NCBI GenBank assembly: GCA_963771275.1
Contig: CAVYSW010000010.1
Coordinates: forward strand, 352,001 to 416,000
DNA: 64,000 bases
Source: an uncultured Gemmatimonadales bacterium
Lineage (GTDB): Bacteria; Gemmatimonadota; Gemmatimonadetes; Gemmatimonadales; GWC2-71-9
Reading direction: 5' to 3'
The position numbers were made by a program, and so were the translations under genes. Positions 18,277 through 27,466 of the stretch are shown here, in pieces; within the stretch, counting starts at the first letter, position 1, and the number at the start of each line of letters is the position of its first letter. Under the pieces are notes generated by a model that saw only the letters and a list, made by a program, of their open reading frames with translations, made no database searches and was not told the DNA's origin.

Positions 18277-19056
18277 ATGCTGCTGGCGCTCGATATCGGC
18301 AACACGGAGATCACCGTCGGGCTGTTCGACGGCGAGCGGCTCGAGGCCGACTGGCGGCTCACGACCGGTGCCGAGCGCACGCCCGACGAGTGGGCGGCGA
18401 TGCTCACCACCTACTTCTCGCAGTCGGGCCGCTCGACCCACGCCGTGAAGGCGGCGGTGGTCGCCTCGGTCGTGCCGACGGTGGCGGCCGATCTGAGCGG
18501 TGGGGTCCACCAGGCGTGCGGCGTGACGCCGGTCGAGGTCGGGCCGGCGAGCGCGCTGCCCCTCCGGCTCGACGTGGACGAGCCGCTCACGGTCGGCGCC
18601 GACCGCGTGGTCAACACGCTCGCCGCGCTCAGCCTCTACGCCCGGGACACGATCGTGGTGGACTTCGGAACCGCCACGACGTTCGACTGCATCACGGGGG
18701 ACGGCCGGTTCATCGGCGGCGTGATCGCACCCGGCATCCGCACGGCGGCCGACAACCTGATTCGCCGCACCGCGAAGCTCCCGGCCACGCCGCTCGCAGC
18801 GCCCAGCCGCGTGATCGGGCGCCGCACGGAGGAGTGCATCCAGGCGGGCGTGGTACTCGGCACCGCGGAAGCGGTGAGTGGGCTGCTGCGCCGGATCATG
18901 CGCGAGTGGCCGACCAGGCAGCGGCCGCACGTCGTGGCGACGGGCGGGCTGGCATCCCTGATCGCCCCGCTGGTCCCCGAGATCGAGGCGGTGGAGCCGC
19001 GGCTCACGCTGATCGGCCTCCGGATCGCGGCCGGTCACCTCGGCCTCGCGTGGTAG
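18277..19056 (+). CDS. coaX: Type III pantothenate kinase
   Basis: LDIGNT, GADR, VDFGTATTFD, GGVIAPG, ATGG. Confidence 0.96.
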   Translation: MLLALDIGNTEITVGLFDGERLEADWRLTTGAERTPDEWAAMLTTYFSQSGRSTHAVKAAVVASVVPTVAADLSGGVHQACGVTPVEVGPASALPLRLDVDEPLTVGADRVVNTLAALSLYARDTIVVDFGTATTFDCITGDGRFIGGVIAPGIRTAADNLIRRTAKLPATPLAAPSRVIGRRTEECIQAGVVLGTAEAVSGLLRRIMREWPTRQRPHVVATGGLASLIAPLVPEIEAVEPRLTLIGLRIAAGHLGLAW

Positions 19057-19138
19057 GCGCCGCTCCGTCCCCGCCGTACGTTCCTCGGTAGGTCCGCACG
19101 GCAGGTCTCTCGGACAGGTCTCGTTCCGGAGCCGCGTC

Positions 19139-21295
19139 ATGAACCATCGGGTGACCGCGATTCGGGCCATCGGGCCCCTCCTCGTCCTGGCCGTGCTCTG
19201 CGTGTCGTGCATGGCGGGCGGGCCGCGGCCGTCGACCGGTCGCGCCGCGCGCCACCCGCCGGGCCTGCTGTTCGGTGAGCCTCCCCCGCTGGACACGATC
19301 CGCAACGCGCTCGCCGCCGGCGACACGGCGTGGGCCGTGGCGCTGCTCACCGCCGCGACGCAGCCGGCCCGCGAGTTCGATGCGCGCATGCTCACGGATC
19401 TGCTCCTGCTGCAGTGGATCGGGCGGGCCCGGGGCCATGCGGACGCCCTCGAGCCGTGGCACGCCGCCGAGGGGACCGTTCTCAAGGCGATCGATCCTGC
19501 GCTCCGCAGCGACGCGGCGCGCCTCTTCCGCGCCGCCGTAGCGATCGAGCAAGGCACGGCGGTCGACAGCGCGATGCGGGAAGTCCTCGGCGTGCCTGGG
19601 GCGTGGTGGCGCCAAGTCCTCGCGGAGATGGCCGCGCGGGCAGGCGAGTCTGATCCCTTGCTCGCGGGTGCGGCGCGCTGGGTCCTCGTGCTGGACGACA
19701 TGCGGCAGGTGCGGAAGGCGGTGCCCACCGGCATCCCGACGCTGGACGCGCTGCCCCTGGAGTGCTGGACCGGCGGCATCACCCTGGGATGCACGGTGCG
19801 CGTTCCCCCGCCGCCGGGAGGCCAGCTGCGGGCCTTGCTCGGTCAGGATTCCAGCAACGCCCTGGCGGCCATCATGGCCGATCTGGACACCGCGCGGGCC
19901 GGCGTCTGGCCGTACGACGAGCTCGGTGCCCGCGTCCGGGTCGCCGTGGCGGCGATGATCGACGACCACGCCGCGCTCAGCGCCTTTGCCGAGGACACGG
20001 CGGGCCTCACGCCTCGCGCCGCGGCCGCCGTGCGCGTCATCGCGTTCGAGTTCGGAGGTCAGCGCGCGTGCGCGGCCCGGGAGATGGCCGCGCACCCCGA
20101 GTGGTACGCCGCGCTCGACGCCGACCGCGCGGCGCTGGGCGGGAGCCGGCTGACGCCGGCGCTGTTCTGGCGGCTGGCGTGGCCGCTCTACCTCGAGTCC
20201 TACAACGCGCGCCAGGTGGCGCACCGGGCGCGCCTCCTCCTCGCCGATGTGCTGCAGCACGGCGTGGCGGACACCGTCGGGGTGTTCGCCTTCTACGACG
20301 ATCGGGCCGCCTTGGTCCAGCGTGGGGTGCCGCTGGGCCTCGGGCTCGTGCGTCCGGGGGCACGCGGAACGGGCGGACGGCAGGTCGTGGTGAGCTACCT
20401 GTCGTCCGCGACCCACGAGACCGTGGTGCGCATGACTCTCGGGGCGGCGCCGGCCTCGCTCGATCTGGCACTCGCGGCGCGCGACGATATCGCGTTGCGG
20501 ACCTACTCCGGCTACGTCGCCGAGGACTACGATCGCCTCATCCCGTTCGAGCACCAGGTCGTGCAGTACGTGCGCGGTGGGCACCGCATCGTGGACGTCC
20601 ACGCCGAGCGGCCGACGTCCCTGCTGTGCCAGCATCCCGACCCCCAGGTCGGCTTTTTCTTGCTGGACAGCCGGCTTCAGGTGCTTCGCGAGGTGGCGGA
20701 CACCGCACCGCGGCGGCGGCGCTACCGGTTCCGCATGGTCCTGGCGCCCGGAGCCTATGTGTACTCGCTCGAGCTGCTCGACAAGCCGTGCCGGCTGGCC
20801 GCGCGCGCGCGCTACGTGTTGAGCGTCCCAAAGGTGGACTCGACCGGGCTGTCGGATCTCGTGCTCGCGGAGAACGTCTTTCTCGAGGAGCCCGCCCGGG
20901 TAAAGGGGGACCCGCCGGTCGTGGTGCGGCCGGGGCTTCGCGTTCCGGCCGGCTCGGTCAGCTTCTATTGGGAGGTCTATGGGCTGGTCGCACAAGCCGC
21001 GGAGCCCGGGCGGCTGGACGTGCATTTCGAGGTCTTGAACATCGCGCAGGACCGGGTCGGGCTGCGCCAGCTCACGCAGCTCGAGCTGGAAGCCCGACGC
21101 CGGAAGCCGCTGCTCGACTTGACGTACGCGACGGCGGTCCCCGCCGGGTCGGGGCCGATCGGGATCGGCCTCTCGGTGACGGTGCCGCCAGAGGCGCGCG
21201 GCGTGTACCTCGCGCGCGTGACGGTGCGGGATCGGAAGACGGGCTGGCAGGAGACCGCCGAGCGCGCCCTGTTCGTCGAGCCCCAGGGCGGTTGA
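19139..21295 (+). CDS. Exported hypothetical protein with a degenerate GWxTD-like segment
   Basis: Signal/lipoprotein-like N-terminus; FWRLAWP...YNARQVAHRAR...AD...DDRAALVQRGVP; C-terminal beta region LSDLVLA...YWEVYGL. Confidence 0.7.
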   Translation: MNHRVTAIRAIGPLLVLAVLCVSCMAGGPRPSTGRAARHPPGLLFGEPPPLDTIRNALAAGDTAWAVALLTAATQPAREFDARMLTDLLLLQWIGRARGHADALEPWHAAEGTVLKAIDPALRSDAARLFRAAVAIEQGTAVDSAMREVLGVPGAWWRQVLAEMAARAGESDPLLAGAARWVLVLDDMRQVRKAVPTGIPTLDALPLECWTGGITLGCTVRVPPPPGGQLRALLGQDSSNALAAIMADLDTARAGVWPYDELGARVRVAVAAMIDDHAALSAFAEDTAGLTPRAAAAVRVIAFEFGGQRACAAREMAAHPEWYAALDADRAALGGSRLTPALFWRLAWPLYLESYNARQVAHRARLLLADVLQHGVADTVGVFAFYDDRAALVQRGVPLGLGLVRPGARGTGGRQVVVSYLSSATHETVVRMTLGAAPASLDLALAARDDIALRTYSGYVAEDYDRLIPFEHQVVQYVRGGHRIVDVHAERPTSLLCQHPDPQVGFFLLDSRLQVLREVADTAPRRRRYRFRMVLAPGAYVYSLELLDKPCRLAARARYVLSVPKVDSTGLSDLVLAENVFLEEPARVKGDPPVVVRPGLRVPAGSVSFYWEVYGLVAQAAEPGRLDVHFEVLNIAQDRVGLRQLTQLELEARRRKPLLDLTYATAVPAGSGPIGIGLSVTVPPEARGVYLARVTVRDRKTGWQETAERALFVEPQGG

Positions 21296-21347
21296 ACTGC
21301 CCGGTGGCCACCGCTAGCTTCAACCCGCCTCTCCGGAGCACGCGCGC

Positions 21348-21965
21348 ATGACAGCAGCCGCCCAGCCCGCATCCGCCGACCGGTCCGACGTCCGGACCAT
21401 TCTGGTCGCGGGCATCCAGCTCGGCATCCTGACCACGATCGGCGTCGTAGCGTTCGTGCTGCTGTCGCGCGCGCTCGCCGGGACGACGGCGACGGTCGTG
21501 CAGGCGGGGCTGATTCTCGCGGGCGGCGTGGTGTGCGCCTTCGGACCGGCCCGCGCGATCCGGCCACGCTCGGTCGACGGCATCGCCTGGGCGTCCCTGG
21601 TGGGCCTCCTCGGCGCGCTCTCGTTCTCCGTGCTCGACGTCGCTGTGCTGCGTCCGGTGCACCTCTATTCGTGGACCTGGGACGCGATCGGCGGCGGCAG
21701 CGGGTTCTGGTATCTCCCGGTCTGGTGGATGGGATCCGCCGTGCTCGCGTGGCTCGGCTCCTGGGTGGTGGCGCTCGCGGCGCGCACCGGGCGCGAGCCC
21801 AGCCCGCTCGTCAGCGGCCTGCTGACCGCCGGACTTGCCGTCGTGCTGCTCGCCGCGGCCGGCGGCACCGGGCTCATGGCGTTCGGGGGACCCGCGGCGG
21901 CGCTCGCCTTTGCCGTCGCCCTCGCGCTCCACGTTGCGATCGCGGCGGCCGTGCATCGCCGGTGA
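21348..21965 (+). CDS. Hypothetical multi-pass membrane protein
   Basis: About 6 hydrophobic segments; WTWDAIGGGSGFWYLPVWWM; GGAG upstream. Confidence 0.75.
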   Translation: MTAAAQPASADRSDVRTILVAGIQLGILTTIGVVAFVLLSRALAGTTATVVQAGLILAGGVVCAFGPARAIRPRSVDGIAWASLVGLLGALSFSVLDVAVLRPVHLYSWTWDAIGGGSGFWYLPVWWMGSAVLAWLGSWVVALAARTGREPSPLVSGLLTAGLAVVLLAAAGGTGLMAFGGPAAALAFAVALALHVAIAAAVHRR

Positions 21966-22222
21966 CCGGCCGGGCGTCGCGCGTCGTCACGCTGCTCGGC
22001 TGGCTGCTCACGCCGTTCGTGGTGTGGGCAGCTTCGTTTTGCGGTGGCTGGCTGGGGGCGCTGGTCGGGCGCCGCGTGTCGGGGCCGTTCGGCGGGGTCG
22101 CGTGGCTGGTACTCGGCGCGGCACTGGGGGGAGTCACCGCCATGATCGTCTGGATCCGTCGCCTGCGGCGCCGCGCCGGCCCCGCGGCCCCGGACGGCGC
22201 GGCACCCACGAAGGAGGTGTGA
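21962..22222 (+). CDS. Small two-TM hypothetical protein
   Basis: GTGA overlap with the upstream stop; WLLTPFVVWAASFCGGWLGA. Confidence 0.6.
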   Translation: MTGRASRVVTLLGWLLTPFVVWAASFCGGWLGALVGRRVSGPFGGVAWLVLGAALGGVTAMIVWIRRLRRRAGPAAPDGAAPTKEV

Positions 22223-22229
22223 GGGCACG

Positions 22230-23579
22230 ATGACCCCGAGACCGGCGGCGGTCCATGTGGCGCGGGAGTCCGCCACGCGCCTCGCGCGCGCGTTCCAGGA
22301 GTTCGTCGCGCTCGAGGCAGTGGGGGGCATTCTGCTGCTGGTCGCCACGGCCGTTGCGCTGGCGTGGGCCAACTCGCCGTGGGCGGCATCGTACCACGAC
22401 TTGTGGGCGACGCCGGTCACGCTCGGCGCCGGCGGCTTCGCGCTCGCCAAGCCGCTCGAGCTGTGGGTCAACGACGGGCTGATGGCGGTGTTCTTCTTTG
22501 TCGTCGGGCTCGAGATCAAGCGCGAGCTGCTCGTGGGTGAGCTGGCGTCGCCCAAGCGGGCGGCACTCCCCGCCGTGGCCGCGCTGGGCGGCATGCTCGT
22601 GCCAGCCGCGATCTTCCTGGCATTCAACCTCGACGGGCCCGGCGGGCGCGGCTGGGGCGTCCCGATGGCCACGGACATCGCGTTTGCGGTCGGTGTGCTG
22701 GCGCTGCTCGGCGACCGCGTGCCGCTGTCGCTCAAGGTGTTTCTCACGGCGCTCGCGATCGTGGACGACTTGGGCGCGGTGTTGGTGATCGCGCTGTTCT
22801 ACACGGCCGAGCTGTCACGCACCGCGCTGGCCGTGGGCGGCGGCATCTTCCTGCTCATGGTGCTCGCCAACCGGCTCCGGGTCCGCAACGCGGGCGTATA
22901 CGCGGTGCTCGGCTTCGCCTTGTGGGTGGCGCTGCTCAAGTCGGGCGTCCACGCCACGATCGCGGGCGTGCTAGCGGCCGTGACGATTCCCTCCACGGCG
23001 CGGATCAACATCGGCCAATTCCGGGCTCGGAGCCGCGCGTTGCTCGATCGGTTCGAGGGGCTGGACGCGGACCCCGCCGAGCACCGCATCTCGGGGGAGC
23101 AGCAGGAGGTCGTGTTCGGACTCGCGGCGGTGGTGCACCATGTCGAGACGCCGTTACAGCGGCTCGAGCACGCGCTCCACCCGTGGGTCAGTTTCGTCAT
23201 CATGCCGGTGTTCGCCCTTGCCAACGCCGGCCTGGTGCTGAGCGGCGACCTGAGGGGTGCCCTGGGGCATCCGGTGACGATCGGCGTGGCGGCGGGGCTG
23301 GTGGTGGGGAAGCTCGTGGGCGTCGCGGGCTTCACCTGGATCGCCGTGGGGACGGGCATTGCCGAGCGGCCCCAGGGCGCTACGTGGCGACAGATCCTGG
23401 GCGTCGCCCAGCTCGCGGGGATCGGCTTCACGATGTCGTTGTTCATTGCGGCGCTGGCGTTCGGGCGGTCGCCGCTGCTCGACAACGCCAAGATGGGGAT
23501 CCTCGGCGCGTCGGTCGCCTCCGGGGTGATTGGGGCGATGGTGCTGAGGAGAGGGAAACGGGGAACGAGGGAAACGTGA
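22230..23579 (+). CDS. nhaA: Na+/H+ antiporter NhaA
   Basis: WVNDGLM, GLEIKRE, ATDIAF, LAIVDDLGA, GIGFTMSLFI. Confidence 0.96.
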   Translation: MTPRPAAVHVARESATRLARAFQEFVALEAVGGILLLVATAVALAWANSPWAASYHDLWATPVTLGAGGFALAKPLELWVNDGLMAVFFFVVGLEIKRELLVGELASPKRAALPAVAALGGMLVPAAIFLAFNLDGPGGRGWGVPMATDIAFAVGVLALLGDRVPLSLKVFLTALAIVDDLGAVLVIALFYTAELSRTALAVGGGIFLLMVLANRLRVRNAGVYAVLGFALWVALLKSGVHATIAGVLAAVTIPSTARINIGQFRARSRALLDRFEGLDADPAEHRISGEQQEVVFGLAAVVHHVETPLQRLEHALHPWVSFVIMPVFALANAGLVLSGDLRGALGHPVTIGVAAGLVVGKLVGVAGFTWIAVGTGIAERPQGATWRQILGVAQLAGIGFTMSLFIAALAFGRSPLLDNAKMGILGASVASGVIGAMVLRRGKRGTRET

Positions 23580-23610
23580 GAAGTGAAAGGTGAAGAGTAA
23601 GAAGCAAGAA
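23553..23610. repeat. Purine-rich 7-mer tandem arrays
   Basis: GGGAAAC GGGGAAC..GGGAAAC, then TGAGAAG TGAAAGG TGAAGAG TAAGAAG CAAGAA. Confidence 0.7.
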
Positions 23611-23613
23611 CAA

Positions 23614-23877
23614 CTACTTCCCGGTCCAGAACGGGAACTCAATCTGATAGCACACGCCGTCGAGGTCCGCGGCCCGTTCCTCGAAGAACGTGCGAGCGTC
23701 GGCGATTGCCTGGTTGTAGATCGTGGGGCCGAGCTCTTCGAGGAAATAGCCGAGCAACAGAACAGCCTTGAGCTCGCCAATCTCCTGCTCCAGGTGTTCG
23801 GCGCAGTAGCGTTTGATCGAGGCGACCGCGTGCTTCCGCGCCTCGTCGGGCATGGTGATGGCCGGTTTGCCGCGCAT
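23614..23877 (-). CDS. DUF2164-family protein
   Basis: SIKRY...EIGEL.A.LLL.YFLEELGPTIYNQAIADA. Confidence 0.85.
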   Translation of the reverse strand: MRGKPAITMPDEARKHAVASIKRYCAEHLEQEIGELKAVLLLGYFLEELGPTIYNQAIADARTFFEERAADLDGVCYQIEFPFWTGK

Positions 23878-23888
23878 GGGTGTTCCGC

Positions 23889-24059
23889 CTACTGGTACTT
23901 GATCGCGTAGTAGATCACGTAGAGCCAGGACAGCACGCCGTGGATGATGGCCCACAGGATCGACTTGTTGGCGCTCCACGAGATGGTGATAGCGAGGGCG
24001 GAGCCGAACCCGACCCCGACCTTCGCGGCGCTGCCCGAGCGTGATGCGGTGTCCGTCAT
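23889..24059 (-). CDS. Small membrane protein (56 aa)
   Basis: GGAGG RBS; GVGFGSALAITISWSANKSILWAIIHGVLSWLYVIYYA. Confidence 0.75.
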   Translation of the reverse strand: MTDTASRSGSAAKVGVGFGSALAITISWSANKSILWAIIHGVLSWLYVIYYAIKYQ

Positions 24060-24442
24060 GGTGGCGACCCTCCGGAATCTGGGCTGGGCCATGTTCACGC
24101 GCGCGATGGCGGCAGGATCCCAACGGGACCTGGCCTTTCGCCGGCCGCGGGCTCTCGATCTCAAGTTACGGAGTCGGTCCCCCCCCACAATAGGTGGCAG
24201 GCAGTCGGGATTGCAGGCGCTCGCCGGGCATGGCTACGCAGAACGGTGGGCGCCGTCGCGACCGCTCCGGAGAGTATGTTCGTGTTGGGCAGGCGAGTCG
24301 CCCGCAGGGTAGCCGCAAGCCGTGAGGTGCCCGGACAGGGGGAGAATGATGTTGATGTGCCGCGGGCATTGCGCCCGCAGCTCAAGCCGGGACCGTCCGC
24401 CGGCCGGACGAGCACGACCTTAGCGCCACTCGGGATCCAGCT

Positions 24443-24805
24443 ATGCCGCGGGATCGCAAGATGCTGAGCCGCGAGTACAAGAACACCCCGCGGACGATGG
24501 GGATCGGCCTCGTTCGGAATACTGCGAACGGCAAGATCCTCCTCCTGGCGGGCCGGGACATTCCCGCTCTGCTCAACCGACATCGGGCACAACTGCGTCT
24601 TGGGGTGCACCGCAACCTGGAGCTGCAGCAAGACTGGAAGGCTCTGGGCGAGGAGGGGTTCGCCTTCGAGGTCGTGGACACGCTCTCTCCGAAGGACACG
24701 CCGGGCCACGACCCAGTCGAGGACCTACGTGCGCTTGAACAACTGTGGCTGGAGAAACTCACGCCCTTCGAGCCGGCGGGCTATCACCCGCTCCCGAAAT
24801 CATGA
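24443..24805 (+). CDS. GIY-YIG-like (LuxR-associated type) small protein
   Basis: REYK...MGI..VRNTANGK...NRHRAQL..G.H.N.ELQQDW...GEEGFAFEV. Confidence 0.8.
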   Translation: MPRDRKMLSREYKNTPRTMGIGLVRNTANGKILLLAGRDIPALLNRHRAQLRLGVHRNLELQQDWKALGEEGFAFEVVDTLSPKDTPGHDPVEDLRALEQLWLEKLTPFEPAGYHPLPKS

Positions 24806-25068
24806 GGAACACGGCGCAGTGCCGAATGCCACAGGATGACGTTCAACGCAGCCAGTCGCTTGGTGCTTGACGGCGAGGAGCCAACGCTCCCCGACGGTCG
24901 GGCGGGTCGTGCGAGGCGTCGGCGCGGCGCGACCATCCCGGCCGCCGCGACTGGCGGAGTGCTGACCCGTCCTGCAGGTTCCGGTGGCTGTGATTGACAT
25001 GCGGTGTTGCCGGCGAGCCGTCGCCGGCGCAGACGCGCCAACCCGTCAGGCCGTATGAAGGAGGACCC

Positions 25069-25329
25069 ATGGGCGCCCTGTCGTGGATTATCCTCGGTCT
25101 CGTGGTCGGAGCCCTCGCGAAGTGGATCATGCCCGGCCGCGACCCGGGAGGCGTAATCATCACCATCCTCTTGGGAATCGGGGGAGCCTTCGTGGGTGGC
25201 TTCATCGGGTCGCTGCTTGGACTCGGTAGCGTCACCGGCTTCAACCTGGGGAGCCTGGTTCTCGCCATTGCAGGAGCGCTCCTGCTGCTCTGGGGGTATC
25301 GGAAGATGCGCGGCGGCGCTTCCGGCTGA
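25069..25329 (+). CDS. GlsB/YeaQ/YmgE transglycosylase-associated protein
   Basis: AAGGAGG RBS; WIILGLVVGALAKWIMPGRDPGG..ITILLGIGGAFVGG. Confidence 0.92.
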   Translation: MGALSWIILGLVVGALAKWIMPGRDPGGVIITILLGIGGAFVGGFIGSLLGLGSVTGFNLGSLVLAIAGALLLLWGYRKMRGGASG

Positions 25330-25462
25330 ACTCGGCGCCGCGTGCGCCCTGATGCGCGCCTCCATCGCAGATGGACCGCACGGGGACTTCGCGCTGACGC
25401 CGATCAAAGGCGGGGTGAGACACGGATGAGGGAGATGCGGCTACGCCGCCACCCCTAGCCCC

Positions 25463-26065
25463 GTGGTGATCGACCTGCCCACTACGGGCAGCCTCGTCGA
25501 GGCCGCGCTGGCCGTGTGCGCCGGCATCGCGCTCGCCGCGTCTGCGGGACTGCGGATATTCGTGCCGCTGCTGGCCACGAGTGCCGCGGCGCATTTCGGA
25601 GGACTCGAGCTGGCGCCCGGCGCGGCCTGGCTTGGTACCACGCCGGCGCTCGCCGCGCTCGGCGTCGCGGCCGCGCTCGAGGTCGGGGCCTACCTCGTCC
25701 CGGCGCTCGACCACGCGCTCGATACGATCGCGACGCCGCTTGCCGTCCTCGCCGGGATCGTCCTGAGCGCGGCCCTGTTCACGGACATGCCCGGCTACCT
25801 GCGCTGGACGCTGGCAATCATCGCGGGCGGCGGCAGCGCGGGTCTCGTACAGGGCGCCACCGCCGTGCTGCGGCTCAAGACCGGCCTGATCACAGGCGGC
25901 GTGGGCAACCCGCTGGTCGCGCTCGCCGAGTTGGCCGGCGCGCTGGTACTGGCCCTGCTCGCGCTGCTGGCACCGCTGCTGGCCGTGGTGCTGGCAGCGG
26001 CCCTCCTGCTCGCTGCCCTCCGGACGGCGAAGCGCCTGGTGTTTGGCCGCCGAGCCGCGGGATGA
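25463..26065 (+). CDS. DUF4126-family membrane protein
   Basis: GIALAASAGLRIFVPL...LEVGAYLVPALDHALD...TGGVGNPLV. Confidence 0.85.
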   Translation: MVIDLPTTGSLVEAALAVCAGIALAASAGLRIFVPLLATSAAAHFGGLELAPGAAWLGTTPALAALGVAAALEVGAYLVPALDHALDTIATPLAVLAGIVLSAALFTDMPGYLRWTLAIIAGGGSAGLVQGATAVLRLKTGLITGGVGNPLVALAELAGALVLALLALLAPLLAVVLAAALLLAALRTAKRLVFGRRAAG

Positions 26066-26177
26066 GCCTGCGATGGAGCGCCCGCAGCTGGGTGACTTGC
26101 AGCGCTCGATCGACGACTCACGCTCCGGCCTCGCGAACGCTACCTTCGGAGAAGCCGATCGGAGCGGTCCAAGGGGG

Positions 26178-26449
26178 ATGCCTCTGATCATCCAGCTGGC
26201 CAGCGGTGCCGTGGGTGGAAATGGTGCTGGTTCTCTGATGAAGAAATCCTCCCTGGGCACCCTCGGCAACTCGATTGCGGGCATCGTCGGTGACGGCCTT
26301 GGCGGTCAGTTGCTTGGTATGTTGGGCGTCGCCACGGGTAGGGGGGCCTGGATATTGGCAGCACCGTCGGGAGTATCGCCGGTGGTGGTGTGGGCGGTGG
26401 CGTCTTGATGTCGATCATTGGGGCGATCAAGAAAGCAATCGCCAAGTAG
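26178..26449 (+). pseudogene. Gly-rich small membrane protein with a one-base frameshift
   Basis: MPLIIQLASGAVGGN...GMLGVATG continues in another frame as LDIGSTVGSIAGGGVGGGVLMSIIGAIKKAIAK*; the break is at the G6 run 26341-26346. Confidence 0.7.
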
Positions 26450-26595
26450 AAGCACCGATTGACGCCGGCTGACAGCCGGTAACCGCGGACGGCGCTTGCG
26501 CCGTCGCCGAACCGGCCGCGGTACGGCCAAGGGGTCGTTGCGGTGGACGGGGGATGGAGGATCGTCCCCATTTACCTCTGGGACTGGAGCCAGCT

Positions 26596-26799
26596 ATGTC
26601 CGTAGCCAAGGTCACTGAGATTCAAGCATCCTCGCCGAAGAGCTTCGATGACGCGATCCGGACTGGCATCGCCCGAGCCGAGAAGACGCTTCGCAACCTC
26701 TCCGGGGCGTGGATCAAGAGCCAGAAGGTCGTGATCGAGAAGGGGAAGGTCGTCGAGTACCGGGTGTTGCTGAAGGTCACGTTCCTCTTGCAGGATTAG
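26596..26799 (+). CDS. Dodecin-family protein
   Basis: MSVAKVTEI.ASSPKSFDDAI..GI.RA.KTLRN...AWI...EYRV.LKVTF. Confidence 0.92.
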   Translation: MSVAKVTEIQASSPKSFDDAIRTGIARAEKTLRNLSGAWIKSQKVVIEKGKVVEYRVLLKVTFLLQD

Positions 26800-26877
26800 C
26801 AGTCGCGGTCCTGGACCGGCCGTGCGGCCTGACCCGCGCTCCGTGCCCGTGTCGTTCGGCGTAGCGGCGAGCCGTCA

Positions 26878-27072
26878 GGGAAGGGCATCGGACGGCTGCT
26901 CATCCAGCAAGCCACGGCGCACGCCAGGTCATGGCCGAGTGACGCGCTGCGCCTCGATGCCTATGATGGCGCGGCGGGCGCCGGGGCGTTCTACGCACGG
27001 TGCGGCTTCCGTGAGGTGGGCCGGGTCGCATACCGCAAGGCGCCGCTCGTGTACTTCGAGCTGCTGTTGTGA
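26878..27072 (+). pseudogene. 5'-truncated GNAT acetyltransferase
   Basis: GKGIGRLLIQQA...LRLDAYDGAAGAGAFYARCGFREVGRV.YR..PLVYFELLL*; in-frame TGA at 26830 and no start codon before the fragment. Confidence 0.75.
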
Positions 27073-27466
27073 TCTCAGCGTGCGGTGGCCGTGCGGCGTC
27101 ACGCCAGCTTGCAGCCTGTGGTCCGGCTGGCCGACTGGCGAATCGCCGCGGTTGCCGACCGGGTGCTGGGGAGCGGCGGGCTCAGCCAGCTTTCCCAGTC
27201 TCACTCACCAGGCGAGAAGGCGCAGACCCTTCAGCCAGCTCGCCTGCGGGCTGTTTGCCCTGCTCGGGGTGGTAACGACGTGCTGGGGCCGTCGCTGGAG
27301 CTCGGTGATGCTGCCCTGCTGGGCAACGAGCGAGACGTCGGCGGAGGCCGGGCCTCTTTCGTCTGGGGCGGGACGAGTGTGGCTTCTTAGGTGCCGCGAC
27401 GGTGTTCGTCGCCCTGACGATCATCCGGCTGCTGCGCATGGGCGCGCGTGGCCCGACTGGCGAGTG

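Noticed and set aside
17336..23610. Short repeats as a CRISPR array
   Set aside because: Units are 7-9 nt in tandem, with no unique spacers and no cas genes
24060..24440. Divergent intergenic region as a possible ncRNA or riboswitch
   Set aside because: No recognisable consensus; an Rfam scan would be needed
27073..27460. Unassigned stretch of about 390 nt with short ORFs on both strands
   Set aside because: No recognisable protein motif, RBS or RNA structure that I can support
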